64,000 nucleotides of DNA, from the NCBI GenBank assembly GCA_964618455.1, contig CAZUAQ010000031.1:2672-66671 (forward strand), written 5' to 3'. A program made the translations under genes and the position numbers. Position 1 is the first letter of the stretch, and each line of letters begins with the position of its first letter. This document shows positions 19,768 through 29,916 of this stretch, in pieces. This stretch comes from an uncultured Planctomycetales bacterium. GTDB lineage: Bacteria; Planctomycetota; Phycisphaerae; UBA1845; PWPN01. The notes beneath the pieces were generated by a model, which saw nothing but the letters and a program-made list of their open reading frames with translations, ran no database searches and was not told the origin of the DNA.

Positions 19768-22539
19768 ATGATGGTCTCCCTGATCGCACGTCGGCGCAGC
19801 GAACGTTCTTCATTCGAGAGGGTGTGGCTTGGGCGTTTGATCATTTTGGGATGTGCGATGTCGAGTATGCCGCTCCATGGCGCGCAGACGTATTACGTCG
19901 ATGCCCTTCTCGGCCATGACTCCAACGGGGACGGCTCCTCCTCCAAGCCGTTTGCCACGATTCAAAAAGCTGTGGATCAACTCGATGAGGCGGGGGATCA
20001 CGTCAAAGTGATCGGTGGACGGCATCGTGACCCGGCAAGCGGTCAGTGGACTGAGCGTGTGTATCGGGAATCCGTACGTATTCGCGACCTGACAGGGCGG
20101 GCGGATCGTCCCATCATCATCGAAGGGGAGTTCGGCGGAAACTTCGACAATGACTCATTTGACGGCACCTACACCAACTATGAGTCGCGCCGCAATGATC
20201 GTTCGAACTGGGGCACGATCGTCGACCCGGGTATCCCGTTGACGGGATGGCAACGCGCCCCGGGCAATCTCGGACAGGCGGGTGTCTATCAGATCGCGGG
20301 ATTTTCTCACTGCCACAAGAGCCTCTCGCTGAGCGTTAACGACTTTGCTCTGACGCGCCTGATGCCCTCTCAGATCGACCGGGGCCCGGGGAAAACCCTG
20401 TTGATGACCGCGGCCGATCATGAGATCACGCTCTACGACTGGGCGGATGAACGCGTCTTGTTCTGGGACGGCATTGAGGCATTGTACGGATGTTCGGATA
20501 CCAGCAACGTGCTCTATCTCAGGTTTCGCGACGGGCGTGATCCTGATTCTGAAGATGTGACGATCGATTGGCGGGGCGGTATCAAGATCGAGAACTGCCG
20601 GCATGTCATCGTTCGAGGATTTCTTGTCCGCGGCGCATACTCGGGGATCTGGTTGTATCACGATTCGGATGACAATGTCGTCGAGCGGAACTTCATTACG
20701 GGTTCCTCGCACGGGATCATGCTGCAGGGCGAAGCAGCCGATCCGCCCATCACCCCCGACCGCAATCGCATCCGGGATAATGAGATTACACTGGAGTACT
20801 ATGGCGTCCAGGGGAATGACTTCGATACTGGGGCGTGGTCGGGGTCGATGCATCATCTCCGTCCGGGTGGCCTGTTCTACCGCTACGCGGTGCGACACAA
20901 CATCTGGTACAATGGTGGGGGAAAGAACAGGGTCGCATACCAGTGGTTGTGGAGTATTAATGCGATCAACGAGGGTGAGCGGAACGAGTACTCGGGCAAT
21001 CACCTGTTCAACACAATTCGCGGTATCATCAGCAACTCCGGAGGTTCCAAGTCCACAACGGCGGGTAGGGCAAATTACTCCAGGTTCGGGCACCATCGCA
21101 AGATCTACAACAACACGATTCACAACATGTCGGGGATCGGGATCCAAATCTCAGACAGCGGCTTCAACAACGAGATCTACGACAATCTGCTCTACGACTG
21201 CAACCTGAGCTTCAGGATACACGACCCGACGGTCGGCCCCCTGTTTGTCTACCGCAATCGTTCCGTCAGCTTTGTCGACGGCGCGGAGCATGTCTACCTC
21301 TGGTATGCGTCCAACTATTCTGGGCTCTCGTCATTCATTTATCCCAGGATGTATTTCTATCACAACAGTTTTTCGGGGGGAAAATACGCCTTCTCAACGA
21401 GCCAGCCTCCCGATGAGAGGCTGAACAATCTTTATGTCGTGAACAACATCCTGGGATCCCTCCATCCGCTGAATGCGCCCGCTGGTACCGATCTCGGGGA
21501 TTGTCGTTTTGAGCACAATCTGATGCGGGAGGAACTACGCGACGGATTGGCTTCGGCCGGACGGGGGAATCTTGTCTCACGCCTTGTGTGGCCGACGTAC
21601 GCGGACGAGCTTCCGGTCTCCAGATCAGAGTTGCCCAATCTCGACGTGGTGGACGCGCGTGTGACGGACGGGCAGACGATTCCCGCGCTGGACCTGTCCT
21701 CCGCGTATCGCGGTTTCCGGCTGCCCTGGAGCGGTTATGCGTCTTACCAGGCCTCCAAGGGCGTGGGGGCGCACCCGGAGAGCGGCTACACGACAGCAAG
21801 CAAGCCAGTGCAGACGGCGGATGCGGACGGTCTGCTGCTTCACTGGACACTGCAGAGGGATGGCGGTTCCCAAGCCGGAGATCGTATCGTTCGCGAGCAA
21901 AGACAGGGGCACTACCACGGCGAGTTGATCAATGGCGCGGAATGGACCAGTGGCCCCATCCAGTTCCTTCGCTTCAGGCAAAATAACGATAATGCCCAGG
22001 TTAAGATTGATGCCGAGCCGTTGACCTCCCTGTCGTCAGAAGCGACGTTCGTCTTCCGGACCCATGCGGGAACCGAACGGCCGAGCATCGAGCATCCCGT
22101 GGTCACCGCGCTGAGCGTCACGTCCCAGGACCAGAAGGGGTATCCCGAGGCTCCGCGCAGTGCCGTTCGGATCAGCTTTGAACTCGTACCGCGCGATCGA
22201 ATCATGCTCGTCGCACTGGTCGGCAATTGTGCCGGGAGGGGAAGCGACCGAATCACGTACACATTTCACCAGGCCGATTACGTGAATCGCTGGAATTACT
22301 GGGCCATTACGAAGGACCGCCTCGGGCTTCAGATCTACCGGAACGGAGTGCTTGTCGCCAACGCGGCCGGTGAGAACGATTGCCCTATCAATTCCGAGGA
22401 TCTGGTTGGCATGGCCATCGGGAATATCCACGGATGGCATCAGAATCAATTCGATGGCGTCATAAACGATTTGCGCATTTACAACAAGGCGTTGAGCAGC
22501 ACGGAGATTCGCAGGCTGACCCTGGGGCTTGCGCGGTAA
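19768..22539 (+). CDS. secreted right-handed beta-helix protein with C-terminal LamG-like domain
   Basis: YYVD...G.DSNGDGS..KPFATIQKA (DUF1565-like), Asn-rich parallel beta-helix repeats, FDGVINDLRIYNKALS LamG signature. Confidence 0.75.
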   Translation: MMVSLIARRRSERSSFERVWLGRLIILGCAMSSMPLHGAQTYYVDALLGHDSNGDGSSSKPFATIQKAVDQLDEAGDHVKVIGGRHRDPASGQWTERVYRESVRIRDLTGRADRPIIIEGEFGGNFDNDSFDGTYTNYESRRNDRSNWGTIVDPGIPLTGWQRAPGNLGQAGVYQIAGFSHCHKSLSLSVNDFALTRLMPSQIDRGPGKTLLMTAADHEITLYDWADERVLFWDGIEALYGCSDTSNVLYLRFRDGRDPDSEDVTIDWRGGIKIENCRHVIVRGFLVRGAYSGIWLYHDSDDNVVERNFITGSSHGIMLQGEAADPPITPDRNRIRDNEITLEYYGVQGNDFDTGAWSGSMHHLRPGGLFYRYAVRHNIWYNGGGKNRVAYQWLWSINAINEGERNEYSGNHLFNTIRGIISNSGGSKSTTAGRANYSRFGHHRKIYNNTIHNMSGIGIQISDSGFNNEIYDNLLYDCNLSFRIHDPTVGPLFVYRNRSVSFVDGAEHVYLWYASNYSGLSSFIYPRMYFYHNSFSGGKYAFSTSQPPDERLNNLYVVNNILGSLHPLNAPAGTDLGDCRFEHNLMREELRDGLASAGRGNLVSRLVWPTYADELPVSRSELPNLDVVDARVTDGQTIPALDLSSAYRGFRLPWSGYASYQASKGVGAHPESGYTTASKPVQTADADGLLLHWTLQRDGGSQAGDRIVREQRQGHYHGELINGAEWTSGPIQFLRFRQNNDNAQVKIDAEPLTSLSSEATFVFRTHAGTERPSIEHPVVTALSVTSQDQKGYPEAPRSAVRISFELVPRDRIMLVALVGNCAGRGSDRITYTFHQADYVNRWNYWAITKDRLGLQIYRNGVLVANAAGENDCPINSEDLVGMAIGNIHGWHQNQFDGVINDLRIYNKALSSTEIRRLTLGLAR

Positions 22540-22570
22540 TCGCGCGTCGGCGAGAAAATCGCGGTCCGAA

Positions 22571-23140
22571 TCATTCGGCGGTGAAGTGATTCTCCACCAT
22601 CTCGCAGATCAGGTGGTACGCCGTGACGTGCATCTCCTGGATGCGGTCACTGTCTGAGTGGTCGATGCAGAGGCAGTGGTGGGAAAGGGGCTTGAGCTCT
22701 CCTCCGGACCGTCCAGTGAATGCGAGGATACCGGCACCTCGGTTGGCAGCGGTTCGCACCGCCTGGATCACATTGGCGGAGGTGCCCGACGTCGAGAGGG
22801 CCCAGAGAACGTCCCCCGGCCGCACGTGTGCCTCCACCTGTCGATCAAAGACATGGGCGAAACCGAAATCATTTCCGACCGCGAGAAGGCCGGAAGTGTC
22901 CGTGGTCAGTGCGATGGCGGGGAGCGGGCGGCGATCCTGCTTGAACCTACCGACCAGCTCGGCGGCGATGTGTTGCGCATCGGCGGCGCTGCCCCCGTTG
23001 CCGATCAGGTAAATGCGGTGATCATTCTCGATGGCGTCGATGATCGTCTGTGCCATGGCACACATCAGCGGGATCTGGTGGCGTAGATGATCGACAAGCC
23101 GTACATGCTCGTCGATGGCGGTCAGGATATGCTTGCTCAC
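22571..23140 (-). CDS. gmhA: D-sedoheptulose 7-phosphate isomerase
   Basis: GNGGSAADAQH, STSGTS, RIQEMH; adjacent to hldE. Confidence 0.93.
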   Translation of the reverse strand: MSKHILTAIDEHVRLVDHLRHQIPLMCAMAQTIIDAIENDHRIYLIGNGGSAADAQHIAAELVGRFKQDRRPLPAIALTTDTSGLLAVGNDFGFAHVFDRQVEAHVRPGDVLWALSTSGTSANVIQAVRTAANRGAGILAFTGRSGGELKPLSHHCLCIDHSDSDRIQEMHVTAYHLICEMVENHFTAE

Positions 23141-24624
23141 GAGATACGCCCTCTTCGGATCCGGTCAATGATAGCCGTGGTGCTCAGCCCTTTGACGAGG
23201 GGCAGGAGCACGACGCGGCCGCCCCGGGATTCGACATGTTCCCGTCCGACGACGCCTCGCTCTGCCCAGTCTTCCCCTTTCACCAGGACATCGGGCGTGA
23301 TCGCCTCGATCAAGGATGCCGGCGTCGGTTCATCGAAAGCCACCACATAGGTGACACACTGCAGGGCCGCCAGAACTTCCGCGCGCTGTTCCTGGGGCAG
23401 GATCGGCCGATTGGTGTCCTTGTCCTGCGCGCGCACCGAGGCATCCGAGTTCATGCCCACGATGAGCACCTGGCCGTGCTGGCGGCACTGTTCGAGATAA
23501 CGCACGTGCCCGGCGTGGAGAATATCAAAGCAACCGTTCGTGAAGACGATGGTCTCACCACGCGACTTGCGGAGCTCAATTTCAGGGAGCAATTGTTCGA
23601 GGGATCGTACCTTGCCGAGACTTTCTCCCGAGGCGATGCGCAGGTCCGCTACGATCTCGTCCCGTGTGAGTGGAACGCACCCGAACTTCTCAACCTCGAG
23701 TCCTCCGGCGATATTGGTAAGCCGAGCCGCTTCGCTCCAGTCGGCACCGACAATACGTGAAGTGACCAACATGGCAAGTACGGCATCGCCGGCGCCGGTG
23801 TTGTCATAGACCGCCCGTGGCCGCGTCGGGATGAGTTGAGGTGCTTCCTCGGCCAAAGCCAGCAGCGATCCGTCGCGGTCGAGCGTGACGAGAAGGCCGT
23901 CCAGTTCATACTGCTTCAACATCGCCGGCGCCGCCTCGCGGATGGCATCGGTGGTGGGGTCGCAACCGGAAACGGCCTGGAATTCCGAGCGGTTCGGTGT
24001 CAGCATCGTGGCACGGCGATACTTGCTGTAATCCGTGAGCCGGGCGGGATCGACGAAAACCGGTTTGCCTGCTTCGCACGCGGCGTCGATGATTCGCCCA
24101 CAGAAATCGGGGGTAAGCATTCCCTTGTCATAGTCTTCGAGACAGACGGCATCGACCTGGGGGATAGCAGCAAAGACCCGTTCGAGGAGCTTCTCGGACG
24201 TATCCTTGTTAACGGGCGTCGATACTTCATCATCCACGCGCATGAGCTGCTGGCGGTGACGGTGCTGCGCCAGTCCAATGAAACGGGTCTTGGTGGTCGT
24301 GGGGCGGTCGTCGAGGGAGAGCACGCCGCGCGTGTCGATGCCCTCGGCCTGGAGCAGGGCACGCACGCGATGCCCGGCATCGTCGAGACCGAGGATGCCG
24401 CAGCACTGGATGCGAACACCCCATTGGCTGAGGTGCGCGGCGACGCTTCCCGCGCCACCGACGCGCTCCTCCATCCTGCGCCGAAGAAGCACCGGTACAG
24501 GAGCCTCCGGGCTGATACGCTCCGCGTCGCCGTAGACGTAACGGTCGAGCAGGAGATCTCCGATAAGGAGGATGCTTTGCCGTGGTCCAAAGCGCTCTAC
24601 AAGTTCGATCAGACGTCGATCCAC
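23137..24624 (-). CDS. hldE: bifunctional heptose 7-phosphate kinase / heptose 1-phosphate adenylyltransferase
   Basis: RISPEAPVPV, D.TGAGD, TNGCFDILHAGH, VKGEDW. Confidence 0.95.
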   Translation of the reverse strand: MDRRLIELVERFGPRQSILLIGDLLLDRYVYGDAERISPEAPVPVLLRRRMEERVGGAGSVAAHLSQWGVRIQCCGILGLDDAGHRVRALLQAEGIDTRGVLSLDDRPTTTKTRFIGLAQHRHRQQLMRVDDEVSTPVNKDTSEKLLERVFAAIPQVDAVCLEDYDKGMLTPDFCGRIIDAACEAGKPVFVDPARLTDYSKYRRATMLTPNRSEFQAVSGCDPTTDAIREAAPAMLKQYELDGLLVTLDRDGSLLALAEEAPQLIPTRPRAVYDNTGAGDAVLAMLVTSRIVGADWSEAARLTNIAGGLEVEKFGCVPLTRDEIVADLRIASGESLGKVRSLEQLLPEIELRKSRGETIVFTNGCFDILHAGHVRYLEQCRQHGQVLIVGMNSDASVRAQDKDTNRPILPQEQRAEVLAALQCVTYVVAFDEPTPASLIEAITPDVLVKGEDWAERGVVGREHVESRGGRVVLLPLVKGLSTTAIIDRIRRGRIS

Positions 24625-24846
24625 GGGTCAACTCCGAATGGGAGGGGGCCGTACCCGGTATGAACGGTGTACTTCGCAGCCTGCTCCAGCAGTCGCGGGT
24701 CAATCGCGTCATCGTAGGCCCGACAATACGGGTCGTCAATCGAGCGGCCACGGAGGCTTGCGATGGTATTTGAAAAGGACCCTCGCGCTCACAATAATAC
24801 CGACGAACGTCAGAGTATTCACTTTCCTGAGATGGAGGGCCGAAGC

Positions 24847-25890
24847 ATGACAACCGAGTATCAGCGACGTGAGTTCCTGAGACAGATGGGCGCGGGCATA
24901 TTAGGCGGAGGCGTGCTGGCCTCGGGACGAGTTCACGCCGAAGAGCGAAGCTCAGGCGCGTCCATCGACGTCGGGACCATTAAAGACCTGCCCACGCGCA
25001 AGCTGGGCAGGATCGACTTCAAGGCGCCGCTACTCAGTTTCGGCACAGCGCCGATGGGGCACGCGTACTACAAGGCCGAGCCGTTTGAGGAAGTCATGAA
25101 CGCCGCCATCGACGCGGGCATCACTTACCTGGATACTGCCCGCGTGTACGATGTGGCGGAGGATCGGTTGAAGCCGGTGCTGGCCAGGCGTCGCAGGGAA
25201 GTCTTTCTCGTGACCAAGACTTGGACGCGCACACGCGACGAGACGCTCAAGTCCCTGGACAAGAGCATGACCGCCATGGGTGTGGACCAGGTGGACCTCT
25301 GCCACATGCACAACGTGGGGCAGTTCACGCGCGAGGAAGCCATCGGCAAAGGCGGGCTGCTGGAGGGATTGATTGAGGCGCGGAAGCGCGGTTTGATCAA
25401 GCACATCGGATGTACAGGCCATCTGAATACGAACAACTTCGCCCCGGTGCTGGAGACGGGGGAGATCGAAGTTCTCATGTGCACGCTGAACTTCGTGGAT
25501 CGGTTCACCTACGATTTCGAGCAGCGCGTCTTGCCGCTCGCGCGAGAGAAGGGCGTGGCGATCGTGCCGATGAAAGTCTTCGGGGGCATCCACACCGTCT
25601 GGGAAGGGTATCGCAAGCGCGAGGACGGCCGCCTGGCGACGGACGAATTCCGGCAGGATGCGATTGACTACGCGCTCGGCCTGCCCGGTGTCAGCACACT
25701 GGTGGTGGGCATGAAGACCGTGCGTGAACTCCGCGAGAACATCGCCGCCGTGCGAAACCACAAGCCGCTGGCCGGGGAACGCAAAGAACGCGTCCTGGCC
25801 AGGGGCAAAGCGATGGCCAAGCAGTGGGGCGATCGCTTCGGTCCGGCGGTGGCGAAGGACGCTGCGGAGAACGACTCCGCGAAGTCGTAG
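24847..25890 (+). CDS. aldo/keto reductase with twin-arginine signal
   Basis: QRREFL Tat motif; YLDTARVY, LVTK, HMHN, PMKVFGG. Confidence 0.85.
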   Translation: MTTEYQRREFLRQMGAGILGGGVLASGRVHAEERSSGASIDVGTIKDLPTRKLGRIDFKAPLLSFGTAPMGHAYYKAEPFEEVMNAAIDAGITYLDTARVYDVAEDRLKPVLARRRREVFLVTKTWTRTRDETLKSLDKSMTAMGVDQVDLCHMHNVGQFTREEAIGKGGLLEGLIEARKRGLIKHIGCTGHLNTNNFAPVLETGEIEVLMCTLNFVDRFTYDFEQRVLPLAREKGVAIVPMKVFGGIHTVWEGYRKREDGRLATDEFRQDAIDYALGLPGVSTLVVGMKTVRELRENIAAVRNHKPLAGERKERVLARGKAMAKQWGDRFGPAVAKDAAENDSAKS

Positions 25891-25936
25891 AGCGATCGCC
25901 TTCAACCTGCCGCGCTTTGTGACTCAGGCAACGTAG

Positions 25937-28411
25937 TTATTCAGGCAACGTATACGTGAGCTTGCCTTCGGGATCTCGGAAGCGCACCGCCCAGCCCATG
26001 TCGCCGGGCCCCTGGCTGATCTTGATCAGCAGCTTGTTTTCGCCCTTTTTCAGTTTCACATCCACCGCGTCATCGTCAATCTGAATCCCGCGGCGGATCT
26101 GGTGACGCCACACGACCTCGCCATTGAGCCAGACTTTCACGCCGTCATCACTTCCCAGCAGCAGCGTGGTGTCACCGCCCTCGGGTGAGTTGACGATCGC
26201 GGCTCCGTACACCACGCAGTTGTCGTAGGGGTCGAACATGTGCGTGACGGACATCTTGCCGCTGGGGCTGCTGGCCTTCCTCCAGCTTGCCGCCTGGCCG
26301 TTGATGCCCTCGTACGAGGCGGACATGTCCCATTCCTTCTCGGGAGGATAGGGCGTATCCAGATCCTTCATCTCGGGATTCGGAAACGGACCGATCACCT
26401 TCCAAGCGGTGATCAACCGCCGGTCCACGCGGGGGACGAAGCTGTCGATAATGGCTTCGCACCGATCGCCCTTGACGGGGTTGCCCGTGAATTGGATCGT
26501 AACCGGATTCATCCCCTTTTGAAGGCGAATGAGTTGGTCGATGGGCTTGCCGTTGATCGTGGTATCGAAGTCGGAGGCCTCGACACCCGGGGCGGTGTGG
26601 ACGTTCACGCGATACCATTCCGTCTCGTCGACGGGCAACTTCAGGGTGAACGCATCTCCGACCTTTCCGCTCAGTTTCACGCCTCGGCTGCCGGACAGGG
26701 GGCGGGGCAGATCGCGATTATTGACGATGGCCATCCCTTCATCGAGATCCTCGGGGGTGAGTGCGTTTTCCGCTTCGACGGCCCCGGGGGCACTGTTTTC
26801 GCGTGGAATGCGATCCCAGACCGGTACGGGCTCGAAGAAGTCCTCGCCGCCGGGCATCGCGTACCAGTAGGCAGTCGACGCGTAGTCGTTCTTCACGTCG
26901 GTGTGCGGCAGGGCGGCGTAGTTCTCCATGGTCATGAAGAAGGACTCGGTGAACGGGATGTTGTCGGCGAGGTGCCAGCGGTAGTTGGCGAAGAGTTCCT
27001 TGGCATGACTTCCCTCGCGTGGCTGAGGGAAACCGTGCGAAGGATTGTGCATGGTCCGCATGCCCCACGCATCGCCGAAGTAATCCTCTGAGCCGGTCCC
27101 GAACCAGGACGGGAATTTCTCGCCGTCGACGTAGACCTTCTCGTCACCCTCGCCCCACCATCCGCCATGATGGTTGTAAGGATAGAGGCAGATGCCCACG
27201 AGCTTGCCGGCGGTTCCCTTCACATCCAGCAGGGGGTAGTCGAACGTACGTCCGTTGATCTCGATGCGCCACTTGGCATGGAAGTAGGCCCAGTCGTCCG
27301 GGATCTCCTGCGTGCGATGGACGATCACCGAATCCACGGTGGCCTGGTCGTGGCCGTCGTTCTCAAGCACGATCCGGGCCGACTTGCGGAAGGGCATGGG
27401 GAAGTAACAGTAGTGGTAGCTCTCGGTAATCCCCATGGGGTAGGACTTGTAGGGACTGAGGAGGGGGTCGCCGAAGAAGTCGGCAAAGGGCACGCTGATG
27501 GCGGCCTCGTCTTCCCCATCCCAGTAAACCTTGATCATGACCTTGCGGCCGGCCCAACGCTCTTTCGAATCGAGCTTCATGCGGAACTGGTGAATGACGG
27601 AGGGTCCTTCGAGTTCGAGCGCGGTCACGGAATCACCGGGCGGCAGCGTGGTTGTCGCGCTGGCAAAGCGATTCAGCGGATGGTTGGTTGTCTGTCCCGG
27701 GTTGCTCCATGCGTGGGCGGTTTGCTCCAGCGCGTCGGACTGTGCCGACGTGAGCGGAAGCTGGAAGGAGTCGACCGTCCAGTCCGAGGGGAACTGGCGG
27801 TAGTTGATGATGTAGTACTGGTCGGGGGCGCGTTTCTTCTTTTTCTTGTGCGGCGTGTAAGCAGTGATCTTGCAGCTCTTGGCGTAGGGAATCGGCATGT
27901 AGACGTTCGACGCCGACATCATCTTGGCGGGGTCGCGCTTGTATACGAGGGGGCGGATAAAGGGCTCGATCTCCCCGGCGCAGAGCTTGTGGAAGTCCCA
28001 CTCGTACGTTGGCTCAGTATCACCGTCGAGGTAGAAGCGAATCACGCCCTGAGGGTTGGCCGACCAGATCCGGAAGACGCTACCGGGGCCTTCCATCTCC
28101 GCCATGACGCCTTCACCCGTTTCTTCGTCGATCCGGATGTATTGCCCGTGATCGCCATTGGCGTCCCAGCGGATGTAGGTATCCGTGGCGGGGTCGTACT
28201 TGCTGGCCCGGTCGTAACTGCTGAACTGTTTGCAGGTCACGCCGTCCTGGATCTCCGGCAGGAGTGTCAGGTCTGTCAGGTAGGCCAGGATGTCCGGATA
28301 GGTGAGGTGGCGCGTCTCCGCCATCGCGGATGACCCGCCCATGAGGGTGCCCAGTGAAATCAGGCCCAGCGCCATATGGATCGATCGGGACGTGCGTGAA
28401 TCGCGTCGCAT
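25937..28411 (-). CDS. DUF2961 (GH172-like) secreted glycoside hydrolase with C-terminal accessory domains
   Basis: QFSSYDR, GPG...RIWSANP, WWGEGDEKVYVDGE, GTGSEDYFG; C-terminal GSDDGVKVWLNG module. Confidence 0.82.
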   Translation of the reverse strand: MRRDSRTSRSIHMALGLISLGTLMGGSSAMAETRHLTYPDILAYLTDLTLLPEIQDGVTCKQFSSYDRASKYDPATDTYIRWDANGDHGQYIRIDEETGEGVMAEMEGPGSVFRIWSANPQGVIRFYLDGDTEPTYEWDFHKLCAGEIEPFIRPLVYKRDPAKMMSASNVYMPIPYAKSCKITAYTPHKKKKKRAPDQYYIINYRQFPSDWTVDSFQLPLTSAQSDALEQTAHAWSNPGQTTNHPLNRFASATTTLPPGDSVTALELEGPSVIHQFRMKLDSKERWAGRKVMIKVYWDGEDEAAISVPFADFFGDPLLSPYKSYPMGITESYHYCYFPMPFRKSARIVLENDGHDQATVDSVIVHRTQEIPDDWAYFHAKWRIEINGRTFDYPLLDVKGTAGKLVGICLYPYNHHGGWWGEGDEKVYVDGEKFPSWFGTGSEDYFGDAWGMRTMHNPSHGFPQPREGSHAKELFANYRWHLADNIPFTESFFMTMENYAALPHTDVKNDYASTAYWYAMPGGEDFFEPVPVWDRIPRENSAPGAVEAENALTPEDLDEGMAIVNNRDLPRPLSGSRGVKLSGKVGDAFTLKLPVDETEWYRVNVHTAPGVEASDFDTTINGKPIDQLIRLQKGMNPVTIQFTGNPVKGDRCEAIIDSFVPRVDRRLITAWKVIGPFPNPEMKDLDTPYPPEKEWDMSASYEGINGQAASWRKASSPSGKMSVTHMFDPYDNCVVYGAAIVNSPEGGDTTLLLGSDDGVKVWLNGEVVWRHQIRRGIQIDDDAVDVKLKKGENKLLIKISQGPGDMGWAVRFRDPEGKLTYTLPE

Positions 28412-28719
28412 CGTGAGAACTCCTGGTGAGCGGCATCTCTAAGGTGAACCTACGCGGATCGGCATGGTAGGGCAGGACGTGGGCCGATTCAACCGAACCT
28501 GAGGGCTTGGAATCGTCGAGAGTCCGGCTCAAGCTTTCAACGGTTTTCGCCCGATATGAAGGATGCGGGGCGTTCACGCGCCCACAAGGCGTTGAGCGAA
28601 TTCATCCTACGGATAAAGCGCCGTTCGGTAGACCTCCCCCCGGACCAGGAAGGTCCGTCTGGGGGCTGAACGCGCCACACTGGTTTCACGACAATCTTTT
28701 TCTTGATGCGCGGGTTGCC

Positions 28720-29802
28720 ATGAGTCGTGTAATGACGTCGATTCGATCGGACTGGTCAACTCCGGACTCCTCGGGCACGACGGCTATCCCTGTGCCGTTG
28801 AAGCCGGCACCGCCGGATGGCGAGAGCATGCCGGGGGTACTGGAATCTTCCTCTGAAAAAAGTGTACCGGGAAATGCAGGGTCTGATCTCCGAGGCGCTG
28901 CCGATCCCGGCGGCATCGACAACCTCATCGAGATTTTTCTGCACGCCCTCTGGGCCGAGGCCGGGCTGGCCCGCAATACGCTGGATGCCTATCGACGCGA
29001 TCTTCGGGCCTTTGCCGATCACCTCGCGGAGCAGCGCGTCGTCTTTCGATCGCTGCAGCCGGGCGACATTCAGTCGTTTCTGGTGGATCAGAAAGAGCGT
29101 CACGGGCTGGCCATCAGCTCGATCGCCCGGCGGCTTGTTGCCATCAAACTGTTCTGTCGATTTGCCTTCGCCAAAGGGCACATGGACAGGGATCTTTCGG
29201 ATCTGATCGAGACGCCGAAAAAGTGGAAGCATCTGCCGCACGTACTCAACGTGAAGCAGGTGGACGCCCTGCTCGGTCTTCCCGACGCAAACGATCCGCT
29301 GGCGTTGCGCGATCGGGCGATTCTGCACCTCTTCTATGCCACGGGCCTGCGTGTCAGTGAACTCGTCGGACTGCGTGTACGCGATGTCAATCTCGAGATC
29401 GGTTATCTGCGCTGCATGGGCAAGGGGAACAAGGAGCGCGTCGTGCCGATCGGATCGAAGGCGATCGGCACCCTGGAAGAGTATCTATCAGAGCTGCGCC
29501 CCCAACTCGTGGATCAGATGTCCACCGACCGCATCTTCGTTTCGCGCACGGGGCGGGCGCTGGATCGCACGAATTGCTGGCGGCTCGTCGTGAAATACGC
29601 CCGCCGCGCCGGGATTCAGGGCAAGGTCTCTCCCCATACCCTGCGCCATTCGTTCGCCACGCACCTGCTGTCCGGCGGCGCGGACCTGCGCGTCGTGCAG
29701 GAAATGCTGGGCCACGCCGATATCGCTACCACCCAGATCTATACGCATGTCGATTCCGATCGGCTCAAGTCCGTGCTTCAGAAGTTCCATCCCCGCCAGT
29801 AA
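28720..29802 (+). CDS. xerD: site-specific tyrosine recombinase XerD
   Basis: NTLDAYRRDL, YATGLRVSEL, GKGNKERVVP, SPHTLRHSFATHLL, LGHADIATTQIYTHV, HPR C-terminus; start position uncertain. Confidence 0.9.
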   Translation: MSRVMTSIRSDWSTPDSSGTTAIPVPLKPAPPDGESMPGVLESSSEKSVPGNAGSDLRGAADPGGIDNLIEIFLHALWAEAGLARNTLDAYRRDLRAFADHLAEQRVVFRSLQPGDIQSFLVDQKERHGLAISSIARRLVAIKLFCRFAFAKGHMDRDLSDLIETPKKWKHLPHVLNVKQVDALLGLPDANDPLALRDRAILHLFYATGLRVSELVGLRVRDVNLEIGYLRCMGKGNKERVVPIGSKAIGTLEEYLSELRPQLVDQMSTDRIFVSRTGRALDRTNCWRLVVKYARRAGIQGKVSPHTLRHSFATHLLSGGADLRVVQEMLGHADIATTQIYTHVDSDRLKSVLQKFHPRQ

Positions 29803-29916
29803 ATCCTCTGGATCGGCCGTCAGGCACCATTGATCTCCTTTCGTTGGAAAGGGGGGCCGCGTACGATAGGAGTCGCATTGGGTCCAATTCTGCGCAGCAC
29901 TTCGAGAGGTGAAGTC

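Noticed and set aside
28720-29802. Tyrosine recombinase as an island or phage integrase
   Set aside because: It has canonical chromosomal XerD features and no mobile-element context.
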